Both the position numbers and the translations under genes were made by a program. Under the pieces are notes generated by a model. That model was not told where the DNA came from. It saw nothing but the letters and a program-made list of their open reading frames with translations, and did no database searches. A stretch of DNA of 52,729 bases from an uncultured archaeon (GTDB lineage Archaea > Iainarchaeota > Iainarchaeia > Iainarchaeales > VGJJ01): the NCBI GenBank assembly GCA_964358055.1, contig CAYHNT010000003.1, positions 1 through 52,729 of the forward strand, written 5' to 3'. Below, piece by piece: positions 52,408-52,729 of this stretch (positions are counted from its first letter, which is position 1; each line of letters opens with the position of its first letter).

Positions 52408-52428
52408 ATTAGTCCCGCCTCTCGGACT
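52408..52428. repeat. Copy 2 of the 21-nt direct repeat
   Basis: ATTAGTCCCGCCTCTCGGACT is preceded by AGGT. The single difference from copy 1 lies in the predicted loop, so the AGTCC/GGACT stem is preserved. Confidence 0.85.
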
Positions 52429-52729
52429 TGATGTCATAAATCGAGTTTTGGCGAAGGGTATTAAATAAAGGGCCCTAAGTAATAGTGGTATGTACCAGAG
52501 ATCAGTTCAAATAGAAAGAGCTTATTCAAAGGCAGAGCTCGAAGCAATCAATCGAGCATTTGCCACCCTAAAAAGGATGAGCAAGCACAAGGAAGCTAAA
52601 GAATACGTCCAGGAAGTAAAAGCTCGTTTGAGAGCCTAAAGTTCTTTCAGTTTCAAAAATCGCGGGGTCTGATACATTTTTTCTTTGTTTATTTTCTCAT
52701 AAACGCTTTTGGCTGGGCCGGACTTCATG

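Noticed and set aside
1-52729. CRISPR arrays, rRNA genes, transposases, integrases
   Set aside because: Scanning intergenic regions and ORF translations, I saw no regularly spaced direct repeats, no rRNA-like stretch, and no DDE/tyrosine/serine recombinase-like ORF.
52490-52729. A 49-aa plus-strand helical ORF (52490..52639) and a minus-strand ORF fragment entering from the right edge (…SGPAKSVYEKINKEKMYQTPRFLKLKEL, stop at 52636-52638)
   Set aside because: Both are plausible small genes, but they lack recognisable motifs. The second is truncated by the window edge. I did not list them as features.

Overview
This window reads as a gene-dense archaeal chromosome fragment, plausibly from a small-genome, surface-attached (DPANN-like) archaeon; that lineage call is inference only. 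Archaeal markers seen in the sequence are GatD, a FlaI/FlaJ-type pilus ATPase and platform, several class III (prepilin-like) signal peptides, an archaeosortase-like gene, A/T boxes about 25 nt upstream of some start codons, and a tRNA-Asp without encoded CCA.

Left 24.5 kb: a divergent surface-appendage island. The minus arm carries an archaeosortase-like gene, a 2572-aa N-anchored giant protein, a decayed Bro-N-like gene, a 637-aa pilin-headed Cys-rich protein, and a second giant paralog. That paralog is at least 2000 aa, runs off the left edge, and is missing from the ORF track. The plus arm carries a polytopic membrane protein, a 768-aa secretion ATPase, a small basic protein, a 779-aa platform protein, and three pilin-like ORFs. 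One of those pilin-like ORFs is an untracked 54-aa ORF.

A third giant protein (1865 aa) lies at 36-41.6 kb. It contains six IPT/TIG-like repeats, two FN3-like repeats, a G16 linker, Cys-rich modules and a C-terminal TM tail.

The rest is mostly housekeeping or stress genes: Bcp, an A-type Fe-S carrier, ThpR, a cupredoxin, pirin, PadR, MscS, an AI-2E transporter, oxidoreductases and DUF proteins. Several genes in it are more typical of bacteria: an ABC-F ATPase, a truncated SWIB-like mini-ORF and a DUF5320-like mini-ORF. There are two toxin-antitoxin-like pairs. The right-end small-gene cassette is bracketed by a 21-nt direct repeat.

I recognised no CRISPR array, rRNA, transposase, integrase or reverse transcriptase. 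All family assignments rest on remembered motifs, not on searches.
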